From contig CAWKAR010000025.1 of the NCBI GenBank assembly GCA_963847625.1, positions 96,001 through 160,000 on the forward strand: a stretch of DNA of 64,000 nucleotides, read 5' to 3'. Under the pieces are notes generated by a model. The model was not told the origin of the DNA, searched no databases, and saw only the letters and a program-made list of their open reading frames with translations. Within the stretch, counting starts at the first letter, position 1; every line of letters begins with the position of its first letter. A program made the translations under genes and the position numbers. Source of the stretch: a candidate division FCPU426 bacterium. Its GTDB lineage: Bacteria > Oederibacteriota > Muellerivitia > Muellerivitales > Muellerivitaceae. Positions 38,256 through 50,147 of the stretch are shown here, piece after piece.

Positions 38256-38741
38256 CTAGACAGAAATAGCTGTTACTTCTTTCTGCTTTTTCTTTTCGTT
38301 TCCTTTAGAGGAAACTTCTGTTGAAGAGACTGTTTCTTTTTTACCTTTTTTGTCCGCCTTAGTTTCTTTTGTTATTTCAACAATAGGTCGATCAACCAAT
38401 TCCAAAAAAACCATATCCGCACCATCCCCAGCCCTAAAACCCAACTTAAGGATCCTAGTATAGCCCCCTTTTCTTTCCGCATAACGGTAAACCAGGGTTT
38501 TATACAATTTATTAACAACATCTCTTTCACGTACAAACCCTAATACTCTTCGCTTTGAAGCCAAAGTTTCCTTCTTGGCAAAAGTTATCATTTTTTCAGC
38601 ATAGCGTCGAACTTCTTTTGCCCTTATTTTGGTTGTTTTAATTCGTTCATGTTTAAGAAGCGAAGTAACCATGTTCCTAATTAAGGCCCTACGGTGAGCT
38701 GGTTGTACACCTAAATGTCCATGATGAGCACTATGTCTCAT
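38256..38741 (-). CDS. rplQ: 50S ribosomal protein L17
   Basis: MRH..HRRALIRN..IKTT..AKE..GGYTRI. Confidence 0.97.
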   Translation of the reverse strand: MRHSAHHGHLGVQPAHRRALIRNMVTSLLKHERIKTTKIRAKEVRRYAEKMITFAKKETLASKRRVLGFVRERDVVNKLYKTLVYRYAERKGGYTRILKLGFRAGDGADMVFLELVDRPIVEITKETKADKKGKKETVSSTEVSSKGNEKKKQKEVTAISV

Positions 38742-38765
38742 TTTTTCTCCTAGATTCGCTTCAGT

Positions 38766-39779
38766 TTAAACGTTTGATTCAACTCGGGGTAAAGAGACCG
38801 GCTTTCCTTTGGCTAAAATCGAATCGACATCCATTCCAAAAGAAAGGCCCATTCCGCTTAATATTTCTTTAATTTCGTTAAGAGATTTTCTGCCAAAGTT
38901 TTTGTATTTCAGCATATCTGATTCGGTCTTACGCACCAAATCGCCGATTGTTTTAATACTCGCTGTCTTTAAACAATTGGCAGAACGGACTGACAATTCT
39001 AATTCCTCTACGCTTTCATTTAATAATTCACGTAAACGTTCTTCTTCTTCGCTTACAGAATCATCTTGTTGAATAGGTTCTTCTTCAAAATTAATGAATA
39101 TCTGAAGGGAATCACGCAAGATTTTCGAAGCATGTGCAAGAGCATCTTCCGGATGAATCCTTCCATCTGTCCAAATTTCAATAATAAGTTTATCATAATC
39201 GGTAATCTGTCCAATGCGAGCCGATTCGACCGAATATTTAACTTGAACTACTGGTGTAAAAATAGAATCTATAGGAATAACTCCTATCGATTGTCCCTCC
39301 CTTTTATTTCGTTCGGCTGGTGCGTAGCCGCGTCCTTCGGATACTTCGATCTCAATATCCAAAGCGGCATCTTCTTCTGTTAAAGTCGCCAAATGTAATT
39401 GTGGATTTAATATCTCAATATCACCATCAGTCTGTATATCTGCCGCCACTACATTTCTTTCTCCCTTAACAAATAATCGTAAAACTTTTGAACCTGAATT
39501 AAAAAGTTTTATTTTTAATTCTTTTAAATTTAAAATAATTTCCGTTGTATCTTCAACCACTCCGGGGATAGAAGAAAACTCATGTGAAACACCCTGAAAC
39601 TTTACAGATGTAACTGCGGCACCAGTAATCGAGGATAATAAAATTCTCCGAAGAGAATTTCCCACCGATTGCCCATATCCTCTTTCAAAAGGTTCCGCTA
39701 TGAATTTGCCATAAGTCGGAGTAAGACTTTCTTTTTCATAATCTAAAAATTTCGGAATTTGAACGTTTCCGATTTGCAT
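38766..39779 (-). CDS. rpoA: RNA polymerase alpha subunit
   Basis: EPFERGYG..GNSLRRILLSS, LELSVRSANCL, NFGRKSLNEI. Confidence 0.98.
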   Translation of the reverse strand: MQIGNVQIPKFLDYEKESLTPTYGKFIAEPFERGYGQSVGNSLRRILLSSITGAAVTSVKFQGVSHEFSSIPGVVEDTTEIILNLKELKIKLFNSGSKVLRLFVKGERNVVAADIQTDGDIEILNPQLHLATLTEEDAALDIEIEVSEGRGYAPAERNKREGQSIGVIPIDSIFTPVVQVKYSVESARIGQITDYDKLIIEIWTDGRIHPEDALAHASKILRDSLQIFINFEEEPIQQDDSVSEEEERLRELLNESVEELELSVRSANCLKTASIKTIGDLVRKTESDMLKYKNFGRKSLNEIKEILSGMGLSFGMDVDSILAKGKPVSLPRVESNV

Positions 39780-39826
39780 AATGCCTCCCGCAAGAATAGT
39801 CCCATGGGACTTTTTTTAGTTACCAA

Positions 39827-40447
39827 TTACTTTGAGTATAATTCAACAATGAGTTGTTCTTGAATTGGTAGCGCGATCTCCTCTTTAGTCGGAATTTTTT
39901 TAAAAATTCCAGAAAACGATCCAGCATCCACTTCTAGCCATTCAGGAACGTTCTTTTTTTGAAGTGTTTCCAATGAACGCTTAATAACTACATTCTCTTT
40001 ATACTTATCTAAAATGGAAATCTTATCCCCAGCCTTTAAAAGGTAAGAAGGTATATCAACTTTTTTCCCATTCACCAAAACCATTCCATGACGAACTACC
40101 TGACGGGCTTGGTACCGAGATTCAGCAAACCCCAATCGATAGATGGTGTTATCCAAACGTTGTTCTAATAATTGCAACAATGTTTCACCAGTAACTCCTT
40201 TCTTTCTAGAGGCCATTGAAAAATATCTTCTAAATTGCTTTTCATATAAACCATATATTCTTTTAACCTTTTGTTTTTCACGTAATTGTAGCCCATATTC
40301 AGTATCTTTGCGCCGTTTTTGTCCGTGCTGGCCAGGGGCATATCCTCTTCTTTCGAAAGCACATTTTTCGGTATCACAACGATTTCCCTTCAAATAAAGC
40401 TTCATTCCTTCACGCCGACAAATTCGACATACGGATTGATCACTCAT
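39827..40447 (-). CDS. rpsD: 30S ribosomal protein S4
   Basis: [34 protein letters not shown]. Confidence 0.98.
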   Translation of the reverse strand: MSDQSVCRICRREGMKLYLKGNRCDTEKCAFERRGYAPGQHGQKRRKDTEYGLQLREKQKVKRIYGLYEKQFRRYFSMASRKKGVTGETLLQLLEQRLDNTIYRLGFAESRYQARQVVRHGMVLVNGKKVDIPSYLLKAGDKISILDKYKENVVIKRSLETLQKKNVPEWLEVDAGSFSGIFKKIPTKEEIALPIQEQLIVELYSK

Positions 40448-40458
40448 TCAATTCTCCT

Positions 40459-40902
40459 TTAAACCCGTCTACGTTTAGGCGGTCTGCATCCATTATGGGG
40501 TACCGGAGTAACATCCTTGATTAAGGAAATCTGTAATCCGCTTGTCTGAATTGCACGAATGGCCGCTTCTCGACCCGAACCAGGACCTTTGACATATACT
40601 TCTACAGATTTCATTCCAGCATCAACAGCCTTTTTCCCAGCGGCTTCAGCAGCAACTTGAGCAGAAAATGGAGTTGATTTCCGGCTTCCCTTGAAATTCA
40701 TTAATCCAGCAGAAGACCAAACAATAACATTTCCTTTTGCGTCAGTTACTGTCACCAGTGTATTATTAAAAGTGCATTGGATATGAACCACGCCGTTTCT
40801 TGGTGCTTTTTTACCTTTTTTTACCGTTGATGCAACAGATGTTTTTTCATTTCCTTCTATTTTTATTTCTTTCTCTTCAACATTTTCAGGTTTTTCAGCC
40901 AC
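40459..40902 (-). CDS. rpsK: 30S ribosomal protein S11
   Basis: [28 protein letters not shown]. Confidence 0.98.
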   Translation of the reverse strand: MAEKPENVEEKEIKIEGNEKTSVASTVKKGKKAPRNGVVHIQCTFNNTLVTVTDAKGNVIVWSSAGLMNFKGSRKSTPFSAQVAAEAAGKKAVDAGMKSVEVYVKGPGSGREAAIRAIQTSGLQISLIKDVTPVPHNGCRPPKRRRV

Positions 40903-40941
40903 TTATTTCTCCTCAATTAAAATTTAATGTAAAAAGTTAAT

Positions 40942-41322
40942 TTATTCTTCTTTTTTTCGCCCACTTCCAACTGTCTTTCTAGGTCCTTTACGTGTTCTAG
41001 AATTAGTTTTGGTTCGCTGACCCCGGACAGGAAGACCCTTTCTATGACGCAAACCACGGTATGTTCCGATATCAATTAATCTTTTGATATTCATGGATAT
41101 TTCTCTTCTTAAATCGCCTTCCACTTTAATGTTATTCACATTAATAACATTCTGAATTCGGGCAACCTCATCATCTTTAAGATTTTTCACTCTAATATCA
41201 GGATTAACATTGGCCTTAATCAAAATTTCCTTTGAAAGTGCCAAACCTATGCCATAAACATACGTTAAAGCAACCTCCATGCGCTTTTCTTTTGGTAAAT
41301 CCACACCCGAAATTCGTGCCAT
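40942..41322 (-). CDS. rpsM: 30S ribosomal protein S13
   Basis: [28 protein letters not shown]. Confidence 0.98.
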   Translation of the reverse strand: MARISGVDLPKEKRMEVALTYVYGIGLALSKEILIKANVNPDIRVKNLKDDEVARIQNVINVNNIKVEGDLRREISMNIKRLIDIGTYRGLRHRKGLPVRGQRTKTNSRTRKGPRKTVGSGRKKEE

Positions 41323-41338
41323 ATGTATTTACTCCTTT

Positions 41339-41452
41339 TTAACCTTGCCGTTGTTTATGTTTCGGATTAGTGCATATGACCCTAATAACACGTTTACGTC
41401 GAATAACTTTGCACTTGTCGCAAATGGGCTTAACAGATGATCGAACTTTCAT
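41339..41452 (-). CDS. rpmJ: 50S ribosomal protein L36
   Basis: Manual translation [37 protein letters not shown]. Confidence 0.97.
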   Translation of the reverse strand: MKVRSSVKPICDKCKVIRRKRVIRVICTNPKHKQRQG

Positions 41453-41482
41453 TCTCTAGCCTTCCTTTTTTCTCTACAAAAT

Positions 41483-41701
41483 TCATTTAAATCGATAAGT
41501 TATACGCCCTCGACTCAAATCATATGGTGATAACTCAACTGTAACTCGATCACCCGGTAGTATTCGGATAAAATTCATTCGCATCTTCCCAGACACATGG
41601 GCTAAAACTACATGTTTATTTTCCAGTTCAACCCTAAAACTAGCATTAGGAAGAGCTTCAATAACTGTACCCTCTATTGAAATAGCTTCTTCTTTAGCCA
41701 T
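41483..41701 (-). CDS. infA: Translation initiation factor IF-1
   Basis: [31 protein letters not shown]. Confidence 0.98.
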   Translation of the reverse strand: MAKEEAISIEGTVIEALPNASFRVELENKHVVLAHVSGKMRMNFIRILPGDRVTVELSPYDLSRGRITYRFK

Positions 41702-41725
41702 ACTTCTCCGTCCCCTTTAATGGGG

Positions 41726-42472
41726 TTATATCCGCGTCAAGTTCTCTGTACCATTCACTCCCACCGAAATGGTATCTTCAAAATGGGCGGAAAATTTACC
41801 ATCTTTAGTAACAACTGTCCAGCCGTCATCTAAAATCTGAACTTCTTCAGAACCCATATTTACCATGGGTTCTAGGGCAAGACACATACCAACCACGATA
41901 GGTGGCCCTTGGTGGGGCACACCATAATTAGGAACTTGGGGTTCTTCATGCATAGCCTGTCCAATGCCATGCCCCACATAATCTTTCACTATTGAAAAAC
42001 CATTTTTTTCAACGAAATTCTGTATTGTAAAACCTATATCAGAAATTCTATTTCCTTCTCGGCATTTTTCGATACCTTTATCTAAAGCAGAAAAAGTTAT
42101 TCCGAGAAGCAATTTTACTTCTGGCGTAACTCTCCCGACTGCAAAAGTACGAGCAGAATCTCCACAGTAACCTTTATAAAACGCGCCTATGTCAATTCCG
42201 ACAATATCCCCTTCCACTAAAACTCGAGACCCTGGGACGCCATGAACAACTTGTTCATTGATCGATGTACAAATAGTCGCAGGATAACCGTGATATCCCA
42301 AAAAAGCCGGAGTACAACTATTTTTTATGATGAAATCATAAGCATACTTATTTAACTCAAAAGTTGTAATACCTGGTTTAATTAGTTCTTGAAGTTTTTG
42401 AAGTGCCTCCCCAACAACACGACCACTGATTCTCATAAACTTCAATTCAGACTCTGACTTGATTGTAATCAC
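41726..42472 (-). CDS. map: Methionine aminopeptidase type I
   Basis: SINEQVVHG, GDSART, GHGIG..MHEEP, SAHFED. Confidence 0.97.
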   Translation of the reverse strand: MITIKSESELKFMRISGRVVGEALQKLQELIKPGITTFELNKYAYDFIIKNSCTPAFLGYHGYPATICTSINEQVVHGVPGSRVLVEGDIVGIDIGAFYKGYCGDSARTFAVGRVTPEVKLLLGITFSALDKGIEKCREGNRISDIGFTIQNFVEKNGFSIVKDYVGHGIGQAMHEEPQVPNYGVPHQGPPIVVGMCLALEPMVNMGSEEVQILDDGWTVVTKDGKFSAHFEDTISVGVNGTENLTRI

Positions 42473-43128
42473 TACTCCTTTATCTCTTTCTTCAACACAG
42501 CAAATATTTGAGTTAAAGAATTATTAAGATCTCCGTCACAAAGAACCTTTTTTAATAACTTTTTTTTTTCATAATAATTTATCAATGGATCTGTATCCTT
42601 TTTATAAACAGTTAAGCGATTTTTAATTGTTTCCGGTCGATCATCTGGTCGTTGAATTAATTCTTTCCCGCATTTATCACAAATCCCGTCCATTTTTGGT
42701 TTCATAGTTTCAATGTTAAAAGTTGAATTACAATTAGGGCAAACACGCCTACCAGTTAACCGTCTTATAAGAATATTTTGATTTACTTCGATCTTTAAAA
42801 CAACGTCTAATCGGATATTTTCCATAATTAAAATATCATCAAGAATTTTTGCTTGAGACACGTTTCTTGGAAAACCATCTAAGATGAAACCTTTGATAGC
42901 ATCGGGTTGTTTAATCCGTTCTTTAATGATTCCGATTACAATCGAATCTGGTACTAATTCTCCTTTTTTCATAAATTCTTGGGCTTGAAAACCCCATGCC
43001 GTTTCACTCTTGACTGAGGTTCGCAATATATCACCGGTTGAAATTTGGGGAATCCTGTATTTTTTCATGATTTCTGCTGAATAGGTTCCTTTTCCTGCTC
43101 CAGGTTCTCCTAAAATTAAAATCCGCAT
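42472..43128 (-). CDS. adk: Adenylate kinase
   Basis: GEPGAGKGT, STGDILR, LDGFPR, Zn-type lid CPNC/CDKC. Confidence 0.97.
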   Translation of the reverse strand: MRILILGEPGAGKGTYSAEIMKKYRIPQISTGDILRTSVKSETAWGFQAQEFMKKGELVPDSIVIGIIKERIKQPDAIKGFILDGFPRNVSQAKILDDILIMENIRLDVVLKIEVNQNILIRRLTGRRVCPNCNSTFNIETMKPKMDGICDKCGKELIQRPDDRPETIKNRLTVYKKDTDPLINYYEKKKLLKKVLCDGDLNNSLTQIFAVLKKEIKE

Positions 43129-44468
43129 TAAAAAGCGCTCCGCCCTTTTAACCTGCCTTTCTTCATAAAGCCATCGTAATGTCTCATCAATAAATGTGAT
43201 TCAATCTGTTTCATGGTGTCTAAAGCAACTCCAACAATGATTAATAGAGACGTACCGCCAAAGTAAATGGGAATATTAAGATTCCTGGTTAAAACATCCG
43301 GAGCCACTGCAACCACACAAACCGCTAGTGCTCCCCAAATAGTAATTCGAGTTAAGGTTCTATCGATAAATTCAGCCGTTGGTTGTCCGGGCCGGATTCC
43401 CGGAATGAAGCCACCGTACTTTTTCATATTTTCGGAAAGATCTGTTGGATTAAATGCAATAGCAGTATAAAAATAACAGAAGAAGACAATTAAACCAGAA
43501 TACAAAACATAATAAAAAAAAGCCCCAGGAGATAAATTCCGAATAATTAAATCCATAATATTATAGAGCCACCCATTCACTTCAGAAGTAACAGGTGGAA
43601 GGGATTGAATGTATTTAGCTGCTGAAGCAGGAAATACCAAAATAGAAGATGCAAAAATAACGGCAATTACTCCGGAATAATCCACTTTTAATGGTAACTG
43701 AGTTGATTGGCCTTTGAACACCTGTCTTCCTACAACTCGAGTAGCATACTGGACTGGAATTTTACGTGCACCTTGCTGAAGAATCACAATGAAGGCAATT
43801 GTTGCAATCGAAAATAGTGCGAAAAAAAGAAATGAAAAGAGACTTACTTGTCCGATTTTAAAAAGTCTAAAAGTAGCGGCTAATTCTCCAGGAAGACCGG
43901 CTACGATGCCTGCGAATATGATTAAAGAAATCCCATTTCCTATCCCATATTCGGTGATTTGCTCTCCCAACCACATTATAAATATGGTTCCTGTTGTTAA
44001 AGCTAAAACTGTCATAATCTGAAAACCAAAACCCCAATGATATACAAAGCTTTCACCCAAACTCCGTAACAAGTAAGTTGTACCTGTTCCCTGTACAATA
44101 CAAAGGGCCACTGTACCAATTCGAGTATATTGAGTTATTTTACGGCGGCCGGTTTCACCTTCTTTAGAAAGCTTTTCAAGTGTTGGGATTACAGCCGTTA
44201 AAAGTTGAAGAATAATGGACATGCTAATATATGGCATTACACCAAGCGCAAAAATAGAAGATTGTTTTAATGCGCCGCCTGAAAAAAGGTTTAAAAAACC
44301 TAATATACCATTACCCTGACTTTTAAAAAAATTTGATAAAACGCTAACGTTAACACCAGGAATAGGTATATGAATTCCAATTCGGTAAACCAATAAAATA
44401 CCAAAGGTAAACAAAACACGAGATTTTAACTCTGGAACTCTAAAAATATTGGTAAAAGCAGAAAACAC
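43128..44468 (-). CDS. secY: Preprotein translocase SecY
   Basis: SIFALGVMPYI, GIGNGISLIIF, FIPGIRPG, GGTSLLIIVGV. Confidence 0.98.
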   Translation of the reverse strand: MFSAFTNIFRVPELKSRVLFTFGILLVYRIGIHIPIPGVNVSVLSNFFKSQGNGILGFLNLFSGGALKQSSIFALGVMPYISMSIILQLLTAVIPTLEKLSKEGETGRRKITQYTRIGTVALCIVQGTGTTYLLRSLGESFVYHWGFGFQIMTVLALTTGTIFIMWLGEQITEYGIGNGISLIIFAGIVAGLPGELAATFRLFKIGQVSLFSFLFFALFSIATIAFIVILQQGARKIPVQYATRVVGRQVFKGQSTQLPLKVDYSGVIAVIFASSILVFPASAAKYIQSLPPVTSEVNGWLYNIMDLIIRNLSPGAFFYYVLYSGLIVFFCYFYTAIAFNPTDLSENMKKYGGFIPGIRPGQPTAEFIDRTLTRITIWGALAVCVVAVAPDVLTRNLNIPIYFGGTSLLIIVGVALDTMKQIESHLLMRHYDGFMKKGRLKGRSAF

Positions 44469-44906
44469 TTACAATACCTCCACAGTTCCGCCAGCTGTCT
44501 TTATTTTTTCTATAGCCGATGCACTAAAAGCATGTGCCTTGACATTTATTTTATTTTTTATTTCCCCGTTGCCCAAAACTTTTACCTTCTTGGGATCATT
44601 AATAAGACCTCTTTGCTCCATTTCTACTGGAGTAACGGTAATGCCGTTTTCAAAAATGGATAACTGTTCCAAATTAACAATACAATATTGAGACATTCTT
44701 CGTGATTTGAATCCTCGAATTGGAAGTCGGCGATAGACCGGAGTTTGCCCACCTTCAAATCCTGCACGAACTCCGCCACCCGTTCTTGAATTTTGTCCTT
44801 TATTACCCCTAGTAGCAGTCTTTCCATGTCCGGAACCAGGGCCTTTTCCTACAATCTTGCATCTTTTTGTAGCCCCGTGGGTTGGTTTTAAATCATCTAT
44901 TTTCAT
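44469..44906 (-). CDS. rplO: 50S ribosomal protein L15
   Basis: GSGHGKTA.RG.KGQ, GFEGGQTP; start MKIDDL. Confidence 0.97.
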   Translation of the reverse strand: MKIDDLKPTHGATKRCKIVGKGPGSGHGKTATRGNKGQNSRTGGGVRAGFEGGQTPVYRRLPIRGFKSRRMSQYCIVNLEQLSIFENGITVTPVEMEQRGLINDPKKVKVLGNGEIKNKINVKAHAFSASAIEKIKTAGGTVEVL

Positions 44907-44919
44907 TTTTTCAACCTTC

Positions 44920-45096
44920 TCACTTTTTAATTTCAATCAAATAACCAATTTTACTTACCATCCCTCGAATTACCGGTGTATCCGGCTTAACAATGATTTG
45001 TCGTATTCTTTGGAGGCCTAATGCTTTTGCAATTCGGACGTGTTTTGGAAAACGGCCATTTAAGCTTTTTATCAATTGAATTTTAATCTCGTTCAT
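44920..45096 (-). CDS. rpmD: 50S ribosomal protein L30
   Basis: Manual translation [31 protein letters not shown]..; position between rpsE and rplO. Confidence 0.93.
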   Translation of the reverse strand: MNEIKIQLIKSLNGRFPKHVRIAKALGLQRIRQIIVKPDTPVIRGMVSKIGYLIEIKK

Positions 45097-45605
45097 GATT
45101 TTTCTATCCCGGTCATTCCTTCAATAGCCTTTCCTCTCAATGCAGCGACTGTATCCGGTGAATGCATATTGCTAAGGCCATTCAATGCCGCCTGAACTAC
45201 ATTAAAAACATTATCTGAACGGATTGATTTTGTTAACACATCATGTATACCTGCTAATTCGCAAACAGCCCTTACACCGCCTCCAGCGATAATACCTGTT
45301 CCAGGGGCTGCAGGTTTCAAAAGAACACGGGAAGCTTTAAAAATCCCGACAATTTCGTGATATAGGGTAAAACCCTTTAAAGGAACTTTAATTAGATTTT
45401 TCTTTGCATCCTCTACTGCTTTACGAATCGCATCTGGAACCTCACTGGCTTTCCCCATTCCAATGCCAACAAACCCATGCCCATCCCCGACTACGACTAA
45501 GACGGAAAAGCTAAACCTTCGTCCACCTTTAACCACTTTAGCAACGCGATTAATGTGAATAACTTTTTCCTTTAGGTCGAGCTTTGATGCGTCTATTCTT
45601 GCCAT
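45093..45605 (-). CDS. rpsE: 30S ribosomal protein S5
   Basis: [25 protein letters not shown]. Confidence 0.98.
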   Translation of the reverse strand: MARIDASKLDLKEKVIHINRVAKVVKGGRRFSFSVLVVVGDGHGFVGIGMGKASEVPDAIRKAVEDAKKNLIKVPLKGFTLYHEIVGIFKASRVLLKPAAPGTGIIAGGGVRAVCELAGIHDVLTKSIRSDNVFNVVQAALNGLSNMHSPDTVAALRGKAIEGMTGIEKS

Positions 45606-45619
45606 AAATTTCCTTAACG

Positions 45620-45985
45620 TTAGAATTGAAGTCCTTTAGCACGGGCTGCATCTGCCAATGCCTTTATGCGTCCATGGAAAAGATAACCGCCTCTGTCGAA
45701 AACTACTTGAGTGACAGATTTCTCCTTCGCCAGAATGGCTATTTGCTCCCCAACCATTTTCGCCGCTTCGACGTTCCCGCCCTTTTTTATTTTCCCGCGA
45801 AGATTTTTATCATAACTAGCTGAAGCGACCAGTGTAATACCCCTAGTATCATCGATAATTTGAGCTGTAATATTTTTAGCGCCTCGATGCACTACCAAAC
45901 GCGGCCGTTCAAGTGATCCAAACACTTTTTTTCGAATTCGTAGATGGCGGTGGATTCGAGAAGCTTTTTGTAGTTCCGATGGCAT
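45620..45985 (-). CDS. rplR: 50S ribosomal protein L18
   Basis: [23 protein letters not shown]. Confidence 0.97.
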   Translation of the reverse strand: MPSELQKASRIHRHLRIRKKVFGSLERPRLVVHRGAKNITAQIIDDTRGITLVASASYDKNLRGKIKKGGNVEAAKMVGEQIAILAKEKSVTQVVFDRGGYLFHGRIKALADAARAKGLQF

Positions 45986-46002
45986 CTGTGACCCCTATTC
46001 CC

Positions 46003-46575
46003 TTATTTCGCACCCTCTGTTTTTCCAGTGGCTCCTGTTTTTCCTACTTTCTTTCTAACATATTCGCCCAAATAGCGGACACCTGTTCCTTTATAAACTT
46101 CAGGAGGTTTTGCTTGCCGAATTTTCGCCGCTGTCTCACCCACTAAATACTTGTCAATACCTTTAACCGTTAATAATGTTTGTTTTTCAATATCCACGGA
46201 AACACCTTTAGGCAACTCCAATAAGACCGGATGGCTAAATCCTAAAGACATGTTTAATTTCCCTTTTTCCAATGCTGCTCGATAACCCACACCCTGAATT
46301 TCAAGCTTTTTTTCAAAACCGGCCGAAACTCCTAGAACCATGTTTTTAATCAATGCATTAGTCAAACCTTGTCGAGCGTTCAATACCTTTAAATCGGCAT
46401 TATTTTTATCATCAACTGAAACAAGTATATGTTTTTCATTAACATCAACTTTTATTCCCGGCACCAATTCAAGTGTTAAAATGCCTTTAGATCCTTCCAC
46501 GATCACTTTCTTTCCCTCAATTTTGACTTTGACTCCGGAAGGTATTTCAATTGTTTTTTTGGCGATTCGCGCCAT
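46003..46575 (-). CDS. rplF: 50S ribosomal protein L6
   Basis: GVGYRA, LGFSHP, PPEVYKGTGVRY; start MARIAKK. Confidence 0.97.
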   Translation of the reverse strand: MARIAKKTIEIPSGVKVKIEGKKVIVEGSKGILTLELVPGIKVDVNEKHILVSVDDKNNADLKVLNARQGLTNALIKNMVLGVSAGFEKKLEIQGVGYRAALEKGKLNMSLGFSHPVLLELPKGVSVDIEKQTLLTVKGIDKYLVGETAAKIRQAKPPEVYKGTGVRYLGEYVRKKVGKTGATGKTEGAK

Positions 46576-46600
46576 AAAATCTCCCTTTAAAATTGGATCT

Positions 46601-47002
46601 TTAATGAACCAAGCAAAGAACTTCGCCGCCGACACCCTGCTGACGGGCTTGTTGATCTGTTAAAATCCCTTTAGAAGTAGAAAGAATGGCGATTCCCATG
46701 CCGCCAATTACTTTGGGGACCCGCATTCTTTCAGTGTAATACCGCCTTCCTGAACGGCTAACGCGACTTATAGTAGAAATGACCCTTTCTCGATTATCGC
46801 CATATTTCATTATGATTCGAATCAATGAAGGCCTTCCCTTTTCCTCGACGACTTTATAATTTTTTATAAAACCTTCCTCCGAAAGGATGCGGGAAATTTC
46901 AAGTTTTAATTTAGAAAACGGAATATCAACCTTTTCCTTATAGGTATGATTGGCGTTACGTATTCTTGTCAACATATCAGCTATTGGATCAGTCATTGAC
47001 AT
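46601..47002 (-). CDS. rpsH: 30S ribosomal protein S8
   Basis: [23 protein letters not shown]. Confidence 0.98.
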   Translation of the reverse strand: MSMTDPIADMLTRIRNANHTYKEKVDIPFSKLKLEISRILSEEGFIKNYKVVEEKGRPSLIRIIMKYGDNRERVISTISRVSRSGRRYYTERMRVPKVIGGMGIAILSTSKGILTDQQARQQGVGGEVLCLVH

Positions 47003-47018
47003 AATTAAGTCACTCCTC

Positions 47019-47204
47019 TTACCAACTAGCTTTCACTACCCCTGGTATTTTTCCTTCGCCCGCAAGGTTACGAAAACAAATTCTGCACATCCCAAAACGC
47101 CTTAAATAACCTCGAGGACGCCCGCATAGGTTACACCGATGATAAGCACGCACTTTAAATTTGGGTGTCAGTTTTTGTTTATTAATCAAACATTTTTTTG
47201 CCAT
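47019..47204 (-). CDS. rpsN: 30S ribosomal protein S14 (zinc-binding type Z)
   Basis: [23 protein letters not shown]. Confidence 0.97.
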   Translation of the reverse strand: MAKKCLINKQKLTPKFKVRAYHRCNLCGRPRGYLRRFGMCRICFRNLAGEGKIPGVVKASW

Positions 47205-47212
47205 GAAATCTC

Positions 47213-47764
47213 CTAGTTCCTAAAAGGCATACCGAGTAAACTTAATAATTCTTTTGCTTGTGTGTCGTCCCGGGTCGAAGTTGTAAAAGTTATATCCATT
47301 CCATGGATGGATTGAACGTTATCAAAATTAATTTCTTGAAAAATAATTTGCTCCTTCAAACCAAGGGTATAATTCCCTCTCCCATCAAAAGATCTTGTCG
47401 GGACACCACGAAAATCTCGGATTCTAGGTAACGCCACCATAAAAAGCCTTTCCATAAAATGATACATTCGTTCACCCCTCAATGTCACTTTAGCGCCCAA
47501 TGGTTGATTAGCTCGAAGTTTGAAATTTGATATTGCCTTTTTAGAACGAGTAATGGCAGGTTTTTGTCCGCTAATGAGTTTTAACTCATCAACCGCAATA
47601 TCAAGCAATTTGATGTTGTTTTCCGATGCGGCTTTCCCAATACAAATATTGATAACTATTTTTTCTACTTTTGGAACTTTCATAATATTTTTAATGTTGA
47701 ACTTCTTCATTAATGCAGGGATTATTTCTTTATCATATTTTTCTTTAATGATCGTTGTTTTCAT
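47213..47764 (-). CDS. rplE: 50S ribosomal protein L5
   Basis: [21 protein letters not shown]. Confidence 0.98.
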   Translation of the reverse strand: MKTTIIKEKYDKEIIPALMKKFNIKNIMKVPKVEKIVINICIGKAASENNIKLLDIAVDELKLISGQKPAITRSKKAISNFKLRANQPLGAKVTLRGERMYHFMERLFMVALPRIRDFRGVPTRSFDGRGNYTLGLKEQIIFQEINFDNVQSIHGMDITFTTSTRDDTQAKELLSLLGMPFRN

Positions 47765-47765
47765 C

Positions 47766-48086
47766 TTATTTTTCCCTATCCAATATTTCGCCGCATTTTC
47801 TACAAATTCTTACTGTCGTGGCCTCATTTAATCTCTTGTGTCCAATTCGGGTTGGTTTTCCACACTTTGTGCAAATCACTTGTAAGTTAGAAATATGTAC
47901 AGGCGATTCTTTTTCCATTATTCCGCCCTGAGGCATTTGTTGATTGGGTCGGGTATGTCGCTTAACCATATTAATTTTTTCAATTAGAGCTTTATTTTTT
48001 GTTGGAAATAATCGAATAATCCTGCCCTTTTTTCCTCTGTCTTTTCCGGTTAAAACCAATACTGTGTCATCCCGATGAACATGCAT
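47766..48086 (-). CDS. rplX: 50S ribosomal protein L24
   Basis: [16 protein letters not shown]. Confidence 0.97.
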   Translation of the reverse strand: MHVHRDDTVLVLTGKDRGKKGRIIRLFPTKNKALIEKINMVKRHTRPNQQMPQGGIMEKESPVHISNLQVICTKCGKPTRIGHKRLNEATTVRICRKCGEILDREK

Positions 48087-48089
48087 GGT

Positions 48090-48458
48090 CTACAAAACCT
48101 CCGGAGCTAAAGATATTATTTTCATAAAATTTTTTTCTCTCAATTCTCTAGTAACCGGGCCGAATATACGAGTACCACGAGGATTCAATTGATCGTTAAT
48201 AATGACAGCCGCATTTTCATCAAAACGGATATTTGACCCATCTGGGCGGGAATAAACACGTTTTTGCCGAACCACAACAGCTCTTACCACTTCACTTTTT
48301 TTTACCCCCGCCCCTGGAATTGCCTCTTTCACGGCAGCAACAATAATATCTCCAATGGAAGCATACCTTCTCTTAGTTCCACCAAGAACATGAATACACA
48401 TTATTTTTGTAGCCCCACTGTTATCCGCCACAGTCAGCATTGTTTGAGGCATAATCAT
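48090..48458 (-). CDS. rplN: 50S ribosomal protein L14
   Basis: [22 protein letters not shown]; start MIMPQT. Confidence 0.98.
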   Translation of the reverse strand: MIMPQTMLTVADNSGATKIMCIHVLGGTKRRYASIGDIIVAAVKEAIPGAGVKKSEVVRAVVVRQKRVYSRPDGSNIRFDENAAVIINDQLNPRGTRIFGPVTRELREKNFMKIISLAPEVL

Positions 48459-48742
48459 ATTATTGCCTCCTGAACTTCCACTGCCTTTTTTAGTATTTTT
48501 ACTAACCGCCAATGTTTTTCGGCGCTAATGGGCCGTGTTTCAGCTATGAGTATTATGTCACCTTTATTTGTTTCATTTTTCGGGTCATGAATTTTAAATT
48601 TACTTCGCTTTCGAACTAATTTTTTATAAAAAGAATGTTTAATTATACCCTCAATAAAAACTACCGCCGTCTTATCCATATTCCGGCTTAAAACTACTGC
48701 TTTTTTTAACCGAAGATCTTTACGCTCTATTTTCGTTTTCAT
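48455..48742 (-). CDS. rpsQ: 30S ribosomal protein S17
   Basis: MDKT, HD..N, ETRPIS..K.W. Confidence 0.95.
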   Translation of the reverse strand: MKTKIERKDLRLKKAVVLSRNMDKTAVVFIEGIIKHSFYKKLVRKRSKFKIHDPKNETNKGDIILIAETRPISAEKHWRLVKILKKAVEVQEAII

Positions 48743-48759
48743 CTAAGGCTTAACTCCTT

Positions 48760-48960
48760 TCAATTCTTCAGTCCTTTTTCTTTAACTCGTAGGATGGTTT
48801 TTAAACGAGCTACTTGCCGCCTTGCTTCTCGAATCTTCATAGGATTTTCTAATTGTTTCGTGGATAGCTGTATCTTCAGGTTGAAAAGTTCCTCTTCCTT
48901 GGAAATCAACTGTTGTTTCAATTGTTCGATATTCAAATCACGTATTTCTTTTATTTTCAT
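48760..48960 (-). CDS. rpmC: 50S ribosomal protein L29
   Basis: ELFNLK..QLENP..IR..RR.VARLKT. Confidence 0.95.
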   Translation of the reverse strand: MKIKEIRDLNIEQLKQQLISKEEELFNLKIQLSTKQLENPMKIREARRQVARLKTILRVKEKGLKN

Positions 48961-49382
48961 GAGAGTCCCCCAACATCAATCCTTTTAATATATCGTGTTT
49001 TTACTGGAAGTTTATGTGTAGCAAGCTCAAAAGCTTCACGAACAATAGGCTCTGGGCATCCACTTACTTCAAATAATATTCGTCCGGGTTTTACTACCGC
49101 GGACCAATGATCAGGCGCTCCTTTTCCTCCACCCATTCGTACTTCAGCAGGTTTTCGTGTTATGGGTTTATCAGGGAAAATGCGTACCCACAACTTTCCG
49201 ACCCGTTTCATATGCCGGTTGATCGCAACTCGGGCAGCTTCAATTTGACGATCTGTTATATAACTTGCACTTTCTGATTTTAATGCGTACTCTCCGAATG
49301 CGAATGAAAAACCGTTTTTTGTTTTCCCCCTCATCCGCCCCTTCATAGTTTTTCGATATTTAACACGTTTAGGCATCAACAT
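48957..49382 (-). CDS. rplP: 50S ribosomal protein L16
   Basis: [24 protein letters not shown]. Confidence 0.98.
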   Translation of the reverse strand: MLMPKRVKYRKTMKGRMRGKTKNGFSFAFGEYALKSESASYITDRQIEAARVAINRHMKRVGKLWVRIFPDKPITRKPAEVRMGGGKGAPDHWSAVVKPGRILFEVSGCPEPIVREAFELATHKLPVKTRYIKRIDVGGLS

Positions 49383-49386
49383 AATA

Positions 49387-50124
49387 TTATTCCTTAATTA
49401 TTAATTTGGCTGGGTCGCGATTAGAAAGTTTCCGATCTTTCCCGACCGGTTTGGACTTGTTCATGGAAGCTTCTTCAGCAAATTTATCTTTGGTTCCAAA
49501 AATCTCACGTTTAAAAACCCAACACTTCACACCAATTGTTCCAAAAGTCGTATTTGCCACAGAAATTCCAAAGTCAATATCAGCTCGTAAGGTATGAAGA
49601 GGCACACGACCTTCCCGGTACCATTCTGTTCTGGCAATCTCCGCCCCTGCCAAGCGACCAGAACACATTATTTTTATACCTTTGGCACCTCCATCCAATG
49701 CACTTTGTATGCATTTTTTCATTGCTCTTCGAAATGCAACCCTTTTTTCAAGCTGCCCTGCCACGTTTTCTGCTATCAATTGGGCATTGGTTTCAGGATG
49801 TTTTTCCTCATTTATATTTATACGAACTTCCTTTTTGGTGAATCCCTGCAACTCTTCTTTCAATTTATCAACTTCTGAGCCTTTCTTTCCAATAACAATA
49901 CCGGGACGGGAAGCAAAAATATCCACTTCAACCATTTCACCCTTTCGCTTTAATAAAACTTTTGCGATTCCAGCGTGTTTCAGCCGCAATTTGACAAATT
50001 GGCGTATTTCGATGTCTTCAAGAAGGGTGGTTGTATAATTTTTCTTCTTAGCGATAAACCACAATGAGTCCCATTCTTTAATAATCCCAATCCTTAAACC
50101 AATCGGATTAATTTTCTGTCCCAA
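49387..50124 (-). CDS. rpsC: 30S ribosomal protein S3
   Basis: [31 protein letters not shown]. Confidence 0.98.
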   Translation of the reverse strand: MGQKINPIGLRIGIIKEWDSLWFIAKKKNYTTTLLEDIEIRQFVKLRLKHAGIAKVLLKRKGEMVEVDIFASRPGIVIGKKGSEVDKLKEELQGFTKKEVRININEEKHPETNAQLIAENVAGQLEKRVAFRRAMKKCIQSALDGGAKGIKIMCSGRLAGAEIARTEWYREGRVPLHTLRADIDFGISVANTTFGTIGVKCWVFKREIFGTKDKFAEEASMNKSKPVGKDRKLSNRDPAKLIIKE

Positions 50125-50147
50125 AGGAAGCTCCTTAATTATTTATA